Program-made: the position numbers and the translations under genes
Shown: positions 1-9,536 of the stretch, piece by piece
How positions within the stretch are numbered: position 1 is the first letter of the stretch
Layout: each line of letters opens with the position of its first letter
Notes under the pieces: model-generated
The model's database searches: none
What the model was told of the DNA's origin: nothing
What the model saw: only the letters and a program-made list of their open reading frames with translations
Assembly (NCBI GenBank): GCA_965198225.1
Contig: CBDAOY010000006.1
Coordinates: 576,001-640,000 of the forward strand
Origin: Terriglobia bacterium
GTDB taxonomy: Bacteria > Acidobacteriota > Terriglobia > 20CM-2-55-15
DNA: 64,000 nt
Reading direction: 5' to 3'

Positions 1-3
1 TAC

Positions 4-822
4 GTGGACGATGGAACCATCGATCTGGAAAGCACGCTCGAGGAGCTCGGCATCGATGACCGCCTCGGACTAACGAAAGCGGAGCGCCAGGCGCGCGTGG
101 TGGATCTGCTGGGTTCGCGCTCGGGTGTGTATCACCCGGCTAACCTCGTCAGCCTGGCAAATTCCAGGAGTTGGCCGAAGCGAGGGAGCCACGCTCCAGG
201 CACGCACTGGTTTTACAACAACTGGGACTTCAATGTAGTCGGGACGATCTTCGAGCAGCAAACCGCAATCGGCATCTTCGAGGCATTCGACCGGCTCATC
301 GCGAAGCCTATCGGCATGCAAGACTACGAGACATCCGACGGCATGTATGAGCCGCGCAGTGGCTTCGACGGAGCGCAAGGCAGAAGCGTTTCGGACCATC
401 CCGCCTATGCCTTTCGCATGACCGCCCGGGATATGGCGAGGTTCGGGTATCTTCTGCTGCGCAATGGTCGGTGGAACGGCAGGCAGATTCTTCCCCGGGA
501 TTGGATCGAAAAGACCACGAAAACCGACCGGGCGATCGGTGAGTACGGTGGCTACGAGTTCTTATGGTGGATCTCTATCGACGGTCGCCTTTATCCCAAT
601 GTGAATGTGGGAAACGGTGCCTACGCGGCGCACGGAGCCGGCGGACATCGAATCACGGTCATGCCCGAGCACGATCTTGTCGTGGTACACCGAGTCAATA
701 CGAACGGGCGCACTGCGCCGGTCGGCGGAACGGAGCCGGGCGAATCGGTGTCCGGGGCAGAGTATGGAGAGCTGCTGAGGCTCATTCTGGCCGGGAAGCC
801 CGCGAGCGAAACGAAGCCCTGA
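4..822 (+). CDS. Serine hydrolase, beta-lactamase/NylB-like family (5'-truncated by window edge)
   Basis: YNN (YxN) motif in WFYNNWDFN, MTARDMARFGYL and AAHGAGG motifs typical of class C beta-lactamase-like hydrolases; the SxxK region would lie upstream of the window. Confidence 0.85.
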   Translation: MDDGTIDLESTLEELGIDDRLGLTKAERQARVVDLLGSRSGVYHPANLVSLANSRSWPKRGSHAPGTHWFYNNWDFNVVGTIFEQQTAIGIFEAFDRLIAKPIGMQDYETSDGMYEPRSGFDGAQGRSVSDHPAYAFRMTARDMARFGYLLLRNGRWNGRQILPRDWIEKTTKTDRAIGEYGGYEFLWWISIDGRLYPNVNVGNGAYAAHGAGGHRITVMPEHDLVVVHRVNTNGRTAPVGGTEPGESVSGAEYGELLRLILAGKPASETKP

Positions 823-898
823 TGTCGGGTTGATGCGGCCTTCCCCGGAACTTACGCCATAGATCACATAGGGTCGCTGTGATCGTGGGCGATCCGAG

Positions 899-1311
899 TC
901 AAGAAAAGGTGTTTCTGACTCGCACCGATTCTTTGAAGTACTTTGTCCAGACGATCGCCCATCCCAGCGACACGGACACTATTGCCGAGAGCGTCACTAC
1001 TACGACAAGCAGTTCCTCACGACTCATCTCCTCACCACTCACCGGCATCAAAACGACACTGATTGAACGTAGAGTCATCAAGACAGCGACGATCCACAAC
1101 AGCGCGATATTCCACCGCGGTGCTTTAGGGGATTTCAATAGAACGAGCAAAAGTGGAACTGCGAGCAAGAGGAAGATCACGACCATGAGAACAAAGGGAT
1201 AGTCGAAAAACCACCCTGAGAGGCCCATTGAATAGACCATCAGGAGAGGGATCGAACAGATGAGGTAACCGATAGCCAACCTCTTATGCCTTCCACGCTG
1301 TCTTGTTCCAT
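899..1311 (-). pseudogene. DUF2569-like membrane protein, frameshifted near its N-terminus
   Basis: C-terminal WTKYFKESVRVRNTF and hydrophobic helices fit DUF2569. The family-like N-terminus MEQDSVEGIRGWLSV (ATG at 1311) is in another frame; adding one T at ~1267 would fuse the two. Confidence 0.6.
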
Positions 1312-1385
1312 CAGAACTCTTTTGTAAACCGATAGCCAACCTCTTATGCCTTCCACGCTGTCTTGTTCCATCAGAACTCTTTTGT
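1267..1385. repeat. Perfect tandem duplication, 59-bp unit with 60-bp period
   Basis: 1267-1325 is identical to 1327-1385. Confidence 0.97.
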
Positions 1386-1444
1386 TAGTTACAGGCCACT
1401 GGAAGCTCACTGGGTTCGTATTTCATGTCCACCGGGGGGCACCT

Positions 1445-3115
1445 CTACCGGGCGATCAGCATCGTCAGCCGATGCGGCTCGGTGGTGGACGGGTGATGCA
1501 GGAGGACGTCTAGCTTGCCGTCCTTGTTGAGGTCCGCCAGCCAGGTGTATTCCTCGTCGTTGGGCACGGCGACCGCCACCTCTTGAGGCCGCCGGGCGAA
1601 AAGGTCCGACCCCGGTACGCCGTCATAGACTTGCAGTGCCCTGTAGGTCCGCTCGATCAGCAGGTCTGAGCGGCCGTCGCCTGTTACATCACCGATGAGA
1701 AAAGTCGTGTTGAACGCGCGCAGGTAACTCTTTTGAGTCTTTCGTCTTTCGTGCGTCCCGCCTCGAAGCACGATGTCCAGTGGCACCCACCCCGGCTCGC
1801 GAATGCTGGGGTGGCCGTCTAACTGTCTTCTGAGAGTGACGCTGGGTTTGTCGGGGTAGAGGCCCCCTGCCATGCGGTAGAACTCGAGTTCCAGCCAGAC
1901 GTCATCGCCCATGAACCCTTTGATTCGCTTCCAGAGGCTGCTCTCGAGGTACTCGACGTCGATTGTTGTGAACATCAAGTCGACCTGACCGTCGCGATCG
2001 AAGTCGTGCCGGTCCATCCCAAGCTGAATTCTGCCGTCCGACTGGAACGCAATGTCGACGCCCCGTGTGAACGCGGTGCCGCCCTCGGGTGTAGGCGCGC
2101 CGAAGTGCACCTCGTAGGTCGAACGCTTGTTCGAGATGCTCGTGCCCTCCAGCGAGAAAACGACCAGGTCGGCGACACCGTCGCCGCTGAGGTCAGTCAA
2201 CGAGTGCAACACCCTCCCCGTCATGTCTCCGGTGGCGAGCGAGGAGAGATCGTCGGAGTCAAATGCCACTTCTGTCGTGAAGGTCTCGGCCACCGGGGCA
2301 AACAGCCCGACATCGTCCTGCAGATGAACCTCGAAGTGGCCCTCGTCCCAGGACACCAGGTCGCGGCGACCATCCCTGTTGTAGTCCACCTCGTGGACCC
2401 GGCTCTGACCCCAGGGGTCATATCGATATCCGTCTGCTCCGAGGATCCTGCTCATCTCGGTGGAGGGGCCGAGCTTCACTGGATCGGCGAACCGGCCGTC
2501 GCTCATCTGGATGAACACCCAGAAGCCGTCGACGTCCGGCACGACCAGGTCGTCGCGGTCGTCGTCGTTCACGTCCCGAGTGACGTCGACATGGGGGATT
2601 TCGACTCCGAGAGGCGGGTTGAAGTTGGAAGTCACCGCCACCAGCGCCCGTTGGATCGCCGACGCGGGATCGAACCAGGACAGGCGGCCGCGCTCGTAGG
2701 TGACCAACCGGTCGCGTCCGCCGATGTTGGCCACGTCGACGAACCGCACTTCGGGACCGAGCGCTGCCTCGAGTCTCGACACCCAGATGCCGCCCTCGAA
2801 CGCGTAGATGCGCAAGCGGCCCTCGTCGTTCTCGTCGAAGTTCAACACGGCAAGCTCGGCGACCGCGCCACCGAGTAGGAATCCCGTCAAAACGGTCTGG
2901 CGTTCCGCGGAGCCCGTGACGACCTCGTACTGCTCGAAGGTGAATCCCCCGGCGTCCTGCGGGTTCGTGCGCGCTGTCAGGCATCCCGACAGGAACACTC
3001 CAAGCGCCAGTATGGAGACCAGGCTCCGTCGATATGTAAAGATACCCCGCTTGATTCTGATGGCACGATCCCGGGAAATCCGTCGATCCGTCATGTCCAT
3101 GGCTTCACCCTGCAT
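1445..3115 (-). CDS. FG-GAP/VCBS-repeat secreted protein or lipoprotein
   Basis: Multiple DxNxDGxxDL repeats; hydrophobic segment ending in lipobox-like FLSGC. Confidence 0.85.
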   Translation of the reverse strand: MQGEAMDMTDRRISRDRAIRIKRGIFTYRRSLVSILALGVFLSGCLTARTNPQDAGGFTFEQYEVVTGSAERQTVLTGFLLGGAVAELAVLNFDENDEGRLRIYAFEGGIWVSRLEAALGPEVRFVDVANIGGRDRLVTYERGRLSWFDPASAIQRALVAVTSNFNPPLGVEIPHVDVTRDVNDDDRDDLVVPDVDGFWVFIQMSDGRFADPVKLGPSTEMSRILGADGYRYDPWGQSRVHEVDYNRDGRRDLVSWDEGHFEVHLQDDVGLFAPVAETFTTEVAFDSDDLSSLATGDMTGRVLHSLTDLSGDGVADLVVFSLEGTSISNKRSTYEVHFGAPTPEGGTAFTRGVDIAFQSDGRIQLGMDRHDFDRDGQVDLMFTTIDVEYLESSLWKRIKGFMGDDVWLELEFYRMAGGLYPDKPSVTLRRQLDGHPSIREPGWVPLDIVLRGGTHERRKTQKSYLRAFNTTFLIGDVTGDGRSDLLIERTYRALQVYDGVPGSDLFARRPQEVAVAVPNDEEYTWLADLNKDGKLDVLLHHPSTTEPHRLTMLIAR

Positions 3116-3289
3116 TCTAGACTTCGTCCCCGGGACCAGAGCCTCTACTGTCGCAGTTTTTCGACTGTCACAATCAGTTTCTAGGCGAGAGCCGGAAAAT
3201 GACGCGCTAACGGAACTGGCCGACGCCGGGGGAGATCGCCTGTGGGCACATGGCTGAAGAACACGAATGCCGTGTCAGTTCAACGCATA

Positions 3290-3368
3290 CGACTACTCGT
3301 CCAAGTGATTCTTCCCGATCGCCGGCTCGATCGATTTGATGGACATGGATATTCGGATCGATCAGCAT
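3290..3368 (+). repeat. Dispersed ~80-bp intergenic repeat, copy 1
   Basis: cgactactcg..caagtg ... cgatttgatggacatRgat...ggatcgRtcagcat, shared with 61565-61651 and (3' half) 13995-14031. Confidence 0.75.
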
Positions 3369-3378
3369 CTGAAAGGCC

Positions 3379-4389
3379 ATGAAGGCGATTGTCCAGGAAA
3401 AGTACGGATCTCCTGATGTTCTGGAACTCCGAGAAGTCGATAAGCCGGCGCTCGGTGATGATCAAGTCCTGGTGCGGGTCCGCGCGGCGTCCCTCCATCC
3501 GGATGTGTGGCATTTCGTGACCGGACGGCCCTATCTGCTTCGCCTCATGGGATTAGGTTTCTCCACACCCAGGAATCCGATACCCGGAACGGACATGGCG
3601 GGGGTCGTCGAGTCCGTCGGCGAGAGCGTGACACGGTTTCGCCGGGGTGATGTGGTATTCGGCGAAACAGCCGTCGGCCATGGATTGACCACCGGGGGTG
3701 CCTATGCCGAATACGTGTCCGTTCGACACGATCAGCTGGCGCTGAAGCCTGAGAACATCACGTTCGAACAAGCCGCCTCGGTACCCACCTCCGGGTTCAT
3801 CGCCCTGCAGAATCTCCGCGGGGAGAGCCATGCACTCCCCGGGAGGAAGGTGTTGGTCAACGGTGCCGGGGGCGGCGTGGGTGTCCTCGCCCTGCAGCTC
3901 GCGAAGGCCTACGGCGCCGACGTAACCGCTGTGGACAGCTCGAACAAGCTCAGCATGCTCGAGTCACTCGGAGCAGATGAGGTCCTCGATTACAAATACG
4001 AGGACTTCACCCAACGCGGCGCTCGCTACGATCTCATCTTCGATGTTCCGGGAAACCACCCGTTCCGTGCCTGCAAGCGCGCTCTCAAACCGGATGGACG
4101 ATACGTGCTGATCGGGCATGAGGGGTTCGGAGCGGCCGGCACGCGTGCGTTCGGAATCTTCCCTCAGTTTTTTAGACTGGTGTTGCTCTCCCGCTTCGTG
4201 AAGCAGCTCCGAGGCCCGGGCATTCCGCTGCCCACGAGGGAAGACGCGATGGCCGTCCTCACGGAATTCCTCGAAGCCGGGAAGATCACGCCCGTCATCG
4301 ACAGTACCTATCCGTTGAGCGAGGTCGGCGCGGCCCTCCTGCACATGATCGAGGACGAACTCCAGGGCAAAGTTATCATCACCCCGTGA
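3379..4389 (+). CDS. NAD(P)-dependent MDR oxidoreductase (zinc-independent alcohol dehydrogenase/quinone reductase-like)
   Basis: MKAIVQEKYGSPDVL start, PGTDMAGVV, NGAGGGVG nucleotide-binding motif, C-terminal GKVII. Confidence 0.9.
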   Translation: MKAIVQEKYGSPDVLELREVDKPALGDDQVLVRVRAASLHPDVWHFVTGRPYLLRLMGLGFSTPRNPIPGTDMAGVVESVGESVTRFRRGDVVFGETAVGHGLTTGGAYAEYVSVRHDQLALKPENITFEQAASVPTSGFIALQNLRGESHALPGRKVLVNGAGGGVGVLALQLAKAYGADVTAVDSSNKLSMLESLGADEVLDYKYEDFTQRGARYDLIFDVPGNHPFRACKRALKPDGRYVLIGHEGFGAAGTRAFGIFPQFFRLVLLSRFVKQLRGPGIPLPTREDAMAVLTEFLEAGKITPVIDSTYPLSEVGAALLHMIEDELQGKVIITP

Positions 4390-4431
4390 AGGGTACTTGT
4401 CTGTTTATGAGATTAAAGGAGGTAATGACAC

Positions 4432-5310
4432 ATGATATGCGTCACAGGGGCCAGTGGGACCGTAAGCAGCGAAGTGATCCGGCAGCTTGCATCGTTAGAG
4501 GCACCCTTTCGCGGTGCCTACTTCTCGAACAAGAAGGCGGAAGCCGCCCGCGCGAGAGGGATCGAGGCCGTCACCATCGACTACGACCAGCCTGAGACCC
4601 TTCGGGCGGCGTTTCAGGGATGTCAAAGACTGTTCCTTCTCGGGCCAAACGCGCTGAACCAATCGGAGCTCGAGCGAAACGCCGTCGATGCGGCGAAGGC
4701 GGCGGGCGTGCAGCACATCGTGAAGCAGTCCGTAATGGGAGCCAGCGACGAGTCATGGAGCCTGGCGAAGATCCATCGAGCCGTCGAGAAAGCGATTGAA
4801 TCGAGTGGGCTGGCATGGACGTTTCTTCGCCCGAATAGCTTCATGCAGAATACCGTGACCTTCATGGGCCAGACGATACGGGCTGAGGCAGCGTTTTACA
4901 GCGCGAGCGGCCAGGCAAGAATCAGCCACGTGGATGTGCGTGACATTGCCGCGGTCGCAGCAAAGGTGCTTACAGGACCCAGCCATGAGGGAAAAGCTTA
5001 CACGTTGACCGGCCCGGAGGCCCTGACCTATGACGAGCTGGCGAGCGAGCTGTCGGAGGCGGTTGGGCGCCCGATCACACACATCAACCTCCCACCGTCC
5101 GATTTGAAGAACGGCATGTTGGCGGAGGGGATGCCGGAGGAGATCTGCAATCGAATGCTGGACCTGGAGCGATACTTTCGCGAGGGCCAGGCGAGTCGCA
5201 TCTCTGATGACATCAAGCAGGTGATCGGACGGGAACCGGGACGACTTGCGGAGTATGTTCGCGAGACCGCCGCCACGGGGGTCTGGGATGCCGCCGAGGC
5301 CACGACATGA
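4432..5310 (+). CDS. Atypical SDR / NmrA-family NAD(P)-binding oxidoreductase
   Basis: VTGASGTVS Rossmann motif, WTFLRPNSFMQN, VDVRDIA; strong RBS aaggagg. Confidence 0.9.
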   Translation: MICVTGASGTVSSEVIRQLASLEAPFRGAYFSNKKAEAARARGIEAVTIDYDQPETLRAAFQGCQRLFLLGPNALNQSELERNAVDAAKAAGVQHIVKQSVMGASDESWSLAKIHRAVEKAIESSGLAWTFLRPNSFMQNTVTFMGQTIRAEAAFYSASGQARISHVDVRDIAAVAAKVLTGPSHEGKAYTLTGPEALTYDELASELSEAVGRPITHINLPPSDLKNGMLAEGMPEEICNRMLDLERYFREGQASRISDDIKQVIGREPGRLAEYVRETAATGVWDAAEATT

Positions 5311-5786
5311 GCGACGGATTGCTTCACGCCCTGACTCTCATCTCGGCGCTCGGATGCGGGCTGGTGGGAGGTATTTTCTTCGCCTTTTCCACCTTCATAA
5401 TGAAGGCGCTCAACCGTCTCCCTCCGGCGCAGGGGATCGCCGCCATGCAATCCATCAACATTATGGTGATCAATCCGCTGTTCATGACGGCGTTTTTCGG
5501 GCCGGCTGCGGCGTGTGCCATCCTGGCGGGATCCACGTTGCTGGGTTGGCAACCCGGTGGCGCTTTCCTGGTCGCGGGCAGCCTGCTCTATCTCGTCGGC
5601 ACGATTCTGGTTACGGGAGTATTCAACGTTCCGCGGAATGACGCCCTGGCGGCCGTCGACCCGGCGAGCGACGAGGGGGCGCGCGTGTGGGCGGGGTACG
5701 TTACTGGTTGGACGGCCTGGAACCACGTGCGGACAGCCGCAGCCCTTGCGGCTGCGGCATTGCTCACCGTTGCACTCCTCCATTGA
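5307..5786 (+). CDS. DUF1772 / anthrone oxygenase-family membrane protein
   Basis: GIFFAFSTFIM, AMQSIN, NVPRNDAL, WTAWNHVRT; ATGA overlap with the upstream gene. Confidence 0.88.
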   Translation: MSDGLLHALTLISALGCGLVGGIFFAFSTFIMKALNRLPPAQGIAAMQSINIMVINPLFMTAFFGPAAACAILAGSTLLGWQPGGAFLVAGSLLYLVGTILVTGVFNVPRNDALAAVDPASDEGARVWAGYVTGWTAWNHVRTAAALAAAALLTVALLH

Positions 5787-5796
5787 TGAGCGTGCC

Positions 5797-6333
5797 TTAC
5801 CGAGCCGGAGGCGGGCTGGAGGTATCGGTGCCATGGATGGGTGCGAAGACGCCCGCGAGATAGAGAAGCAGACCTGCCGCGAGGACGATGACGGAAGGGC
5901 CCCCGTCCAGCATTTGGAGCACGCTGTTCGTCCCCCAGCCGATCCGTGACGAAGTGAGATCGAGGGTCGATTCGCCAGAGAGCAACGCGTATGCCTGAGC
6001 CCCGAGGCCGACCACAACGCCCACAAGCGCTGCCGCCCACGAGAGTCGATCGCTCCGGGCAATAGCGACGGGTACCCGCGACTGAAGGCGGGAGGCGGGC
6101 GCACTCTCCTCGTCGATGCGTGCCGTGCGTGCGATGATGGCCGCGGCCAGACCGGCGGGTGGCGCAGGCTCCGGTTGGCGGCTCAGTTCGGAATCGAGCC
6201 ATTTCGCGTCCGCCAGAGCATGCCGACACTCTATGCAGTCTCGAGCGTGGCGCTCGGCGGCCGCTATTTCGTGCCGCGGGTACTCCGGGAGCGGCAGCGC
6301 TTCGATGAGCGTGAGGACGTGCTTACAGGTCAT
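5797..6333 (-). CDS. Zinc-binding anti-sigma factor (zf-HC2) with two TM helices
   Basis: MTC...HxxxCxxC (HARDCIEC); directly downstream of the ECF sigma gene. Confidence 0.8.
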   Translation of the reverse strand: MTCKHVLTLIEALPLPEYPRHEIAAAERHARDCIECRHALADAKWLDSELSRQPEPAPPAGLAAAIIARTARIDEESAPASRLQSRVPVAIARSDRLSWAAALVGVVVGLGAQAYALLSGESTLDLTSSRIGWGTNSVLQMLDGGPSVIVLAAGLLLYLAGVFAPIHGTDTSSPPPAR

Positions 6334-6334
6334 A

Positions 6335-6973
6335 TCAGCTCCTCGGGGGCTGGTCGGAGGTTTGCTTCACGGTGTGGCGCAACCGGCGGCGTGCGCGAAA
6401 CAGGAGTGTCTTCACTGTGCCGCTTGTGACCCCGAGTGCGCGGGCGATGTCGCTCACTTTCATTTCCTGACGGTAGTAGAGGAAGGCGGCGGTGCGTTCC
6501 CCCGACGGGAGCGCCGCAACCGCTCGCCACAAGTGCCGGCCACGCTCGTCGGTGATGAGCTGACCGAGTGGATCGGGGGCCGTCGCGGCAGGGTCGCGCC
6601 CGGGTTCAAGCGCAGTGCCTTCCCTCGTGGTCACCCGAACGTTGCGCCGCAGCCAGGTCTGCGCCAGCCGCACCGCGATTGTCGCGAGCCACGGATAGAA
6701 CGGACGATGCTCGTCGAAGAGATCGAGGTGCGTAAAGGCCCGGACGAAGGCGTCCTGAGTCACCTCCTCGGCTCCCGACGGATCACGAACCATCATCAGG
6801 GTGAGACCGAAAAGCCGCCTCTGATAGAGCTTCACCAGCCTGCCGAACGCCTCGTGGTCGCCGCCCCGAACCGCCCGGACCGCGGAGCGCACGGCGCTCG
6901 CCTCCGGCGCGATGACCGGAACAGGCTGGGCTCCCCCTGCGTCGTTTCTGCCGCCGGACGCGGGTGGGCTCAC
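6335..6973 (-). CDS. ECF-type sigma-70 factor
   Basis: AFGRLVKLYQ, AEEVTQDAF, FYPWL (region 2); IARALGVTSGTVKTLLFRARRRL (region 4). Confidence 0.93.
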   Translation of the reverse strand: MSPPASGGRNDAGGAQPVPVIAPEASAVRSAVRAVRGGDHEAFGRLVKLYQRRLFGLTLMMVRDPSGAEEVTQDAFVRAFTHLDLFDEHRPFYPWLATIAVRLAQTWLRRNVRVTTREGTALEPGRDPAATAPDPLGQLITDERGRHLWRAVAALPSGERTAAFLYYRQEMKVSDIARALGVTSGTVKTLLFRARRRLRHTVKQTSDQPPRS

Positions 6974-7305
6974 GCGTTCGGCTGATCGGCATCATCGACA
7001 AGCCCGAGTCCCATTGAAACGTAGACCAGCTTTCGAGCGCCGTAGAAGAACGGGAAGAGCCCGATCAGGAGGAGCGGCGGAAAGAGAAGACCGAGGAAAC
7101 AGACGACCAGTCCCTGGAGTGTGAGATCCACGGCGTCCCGCTTCTCTTCGTCCGAACGGGGCACGGCGCGCATGTAGGCGCCAAACGACGAGTATCCTGC
7201 CCTGAGAGCTTTGCGCCGCAAGGATCTCCAGAGCGTCACGGTGACGCCGACGACGATGGCCGTCACAACCACGAAGCCCACCAGTGCGATGATGAAAACG
7301 CTCAA
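6970..7305 (-). CDS. Small membrane protein, first gene of the ECF operon
   Basis: TTG start at 7305 after an AAGGAGGT RBS; hydrophobic segments; stop overlaps the sigma start. Confidence 0.65.
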   Translation of the reverse strand: MSVFIIALVGFVVVTAIVVGVTVTLWRSLRRKALRAGYSSFGAYMRAVPRSDEEKRDAVDLTLQGLVVCFLGLLFPPLLLIGLFPFFYGARKLVYVSMGLGLVDDADQPNA

Positions 7306-7469
7306 GAAATAGACCTCCTTACGATGTCGGTTAATGAGCCGCTCCGGCCCCCACGGCCGGTGGTCTCTACCGGTTATACGACACGAGCTTGGTCCCGGTT
7401 GACAAGAATCGCATCGAGGTTTCCGCGCTGGCGACATGCCGAACATGTGGATTCGCACGGCCCGTCGGT

Positions 7470-8789
7470 TCAGAATCGGCGCAGAAAGTTTCCGCTGGCG
7501 CCAGAGAGGCGTGAATTCACGACGCTGTCAAAAATCGAGCCGAAGGTGAAAGTCAGACCGATGCTGAACTGGTAGTCGTAGTTCGTAGCCAGACTTCGCC
7601 GGCGCAGGAGAACCTCCTCCTCAGACGCCCCACGTCGTGGAAGGTAAATCTGGTCGCGGATCAGCGATGCGCCACCACTGACGTCGAGTGACAAGCCCCG
7701 GACGAGGCGGTAGCCGACGGAGCCGAATCCAACTACGCGGTAGTTCCCCGGCTCGTCGATAAAGTGTGACGCTTCCAGTGATGCATCGAGCGTGCCCCAA
7801 GGCTGGCTGGCTCCGGCAAAGAGGTGAAAACGTCCGTCCGGCTTCGTCTCCTGTGTTTTCCCGAAAATGGTGGGTTCCCGGTATCGCAGGGCGCTCATAC
7901 CGACCGCGTAGCTGATCGTCACCTGGCGTCTCGATGACTCGTCGTAAGGATAGATGTTGTATTCGATCGAGGGAGCAAACCGGACTGAATTTCGTTGATT
8001 CGTGAACGTGGATGACACGACGGACCCGCCCACCCCGACGGCCCAGTGGCGTCCGAGGCTCTTGACAACCAACCCGGTCACGGCAGAACGACGAGAGACG
8101 CTGGTAATCATCTCGTCATCGAAATTGAATCGATCCAGGTCATACAGGGCATCCACGCCAACCTGTAGTTTCCAGGCCTCCGTCGTCCGACTTGCCAGTC
8201 CAAAGCCCGACAAAGACCTTGTGCTGCTGGACTCTTCGCCGCTCAAGTCTCCGAAGAAGCCCATCTCAAAAACCCAATAGTTCCACGGGTCCTCGGTTGG
8301 TCTTTCAGCCCTCGAGGGAGAGTCCTCGCCGACAACGAGTTCAACTCTTGACGCATCGGGAGTTCTCGCGATGTACCGTGCGAGACCGAGAACGAGAAGC
8401 CGTGCGTAGGACAGCCGAACTTCGTCCGGTGTTTCTACGGGCGAGGCCACGTGCCGCAGAGCATCGTCAACACCGGAGAAGGCCCCGCGTCCAATGAAGG
8501 TGAGGGTCGTTTCCTCGCCGCCATTGCCCGTTGGTTGAACGCTGAACAGGACGTGGACGTCGGCGACGAACCGGTCACGAACGTAGTCAACGAACGTTAC
8601 CTCCTGGCGGAGATAGTCCGTGTCGCAGCTCGTACAGTCCAGGAAGACTCGAATCGACCGGGCGGCCGGGGTTGGCGCTGACGGCTCCTGTGCGAGTGCC
8701 GCGATATCGAACGCAGCCCAGGTGCCGACGAACAGCCCGAACAGAACCAGGTAGCGGACGGACGAAGGCTTGGCTCGGTAGACGAACAT
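7470..8789 (-). CDS. Putative outer-membrane beta-barrel protein
   Basis: Signal peptide, N-terminal VFLDCxxCDxDYLR domain, alternating amphipathic beta pattern, C-terminal Phe. Confidence 0.7.
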   Translation of the reverse strand: MFVYRAKPSSVRYLVLFGLFVGTWAAFDIAALAQEPSAPTPAARSIRVFLDCTSCDTDYLRQEVTFVDYVRDRFVADVHVLFSVQPTGNGGEETTLTFIGRGAFSGVDDALRHVASPVETPDEVRLSYARLLVLGLARYIARTPDASRVELVVGEDSPSRAERPTEDPWNYWVFEMGFFGDLSGEESSSTRSLSGFGLASRTTEAWKLQVGVDALYDLDRFNFDDEMITSVSRRSAVTGLVVKSLGRHWAVGVGGSVVSSTFTNQRNSVRFAPSIEYNIYPYDESSRRQVTISYAVGMSALRYREPTIFGKTQETKPDGRFHLFAGASQPWGTLDASLEASHFIDEPGNYRVVGFGSVGYRLVRGLSLDVSGGASLIRDQIYLPRRGASEEEVLLRRRSLATNYDYQFSIGLTFTFGSIFDSVVNSRLSGASGNFLRRF

Positions 8790-8863
8790 GACGTGCAGCC
8801 ATGCCGCCAGGGAAGAACCCAGGGACAGGGTGCAATTCTACTTTCGGGTATGACCGTTCGAAA

Positions 8864-9193
8864 TTATGCGCGGAAGAGTCGTGGACCCTTCCGCGCATGG
8901 CTTTGAGGAATCTGCAAGATGCGGCCTAGTCGTCCCCACGGAGAGGGGGGATTCCGTGACCTCCTCGCCCCTGGTCCTGCCACGGTGATCAGATCGCCGC
9001 CTTGGCGTAAGCACCTCCTCCGTAAACGGTTGACGAGCCGACCACGTACGAAAAAGTCGCCATCATGGCCAGAAAAATGGCAGATTTCAGTCCGACGCGG
9101 AGGGGTATTCAACGGCTTCTGTCCGAAACTAGTCGGCGCTACTGTCGTTAGCGCCAATACCGCAATGATCAAGCTACCAAAAAACATTCTCAT
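8864..9193 (-). CDS. Hypothetical secreted protein (C-terminus possibly degenerate)
   Basis: ATG with gaagggag RBS and signal-peptide-like N-terminus. Confidence 0.45.
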   Translation of the reverse strand: MRMFFGSLIIAVLALTTVAPTSFGQKPLNTPPRRTEICHFSGHDGDFFVRGRLVNRLRRRCLRQGGDLITVAGPGARRSRNPPSPWGRLGRILQIPQSHARKGPRLFRA

Positions 9194-9536
9194 GAGCGTT
9201 CTCCCTTCGTTATTGAGTCTTTCCGTTATTGAGTCTTGGCAGTCGGACGTACAAATAAACAACAGTGCCGCTTTCTTGTCCAGCGTTTTCCTAGGACAAT
9301 GTCCTTCTCATATCGCCTTTTCCCCTACGCGACGACAAGGACACCTCAAGAGAGCTTTGGCGTGACGACGGCCACCCGAAAGCCGGGACTGCCAGCACCA
9401 GTCGCAATCGACGCATAGCTTCTTCAGCGGCAGATAAGTGGGATTTGGAAAACCTGACCTGGAGCCATGGGAGGGGGTTTTCGGCGGTTGGAGCGATTGG
9501 TCAGCGAGACGGAATGATGCCCTAAGGCAGCGATTT

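Noticed and set aside
845-870. Weak junction-motif look-alikes at ~849, ~11868, ~14238, ~36526 and ~45665
   Set aside because: They lack the conserved CG-N5-GTG spacing and were excluded from the count.
1267-1385. Possible CRISPR array
   Set aside because: Only two adjacent copies with no spacer and no cas genes.
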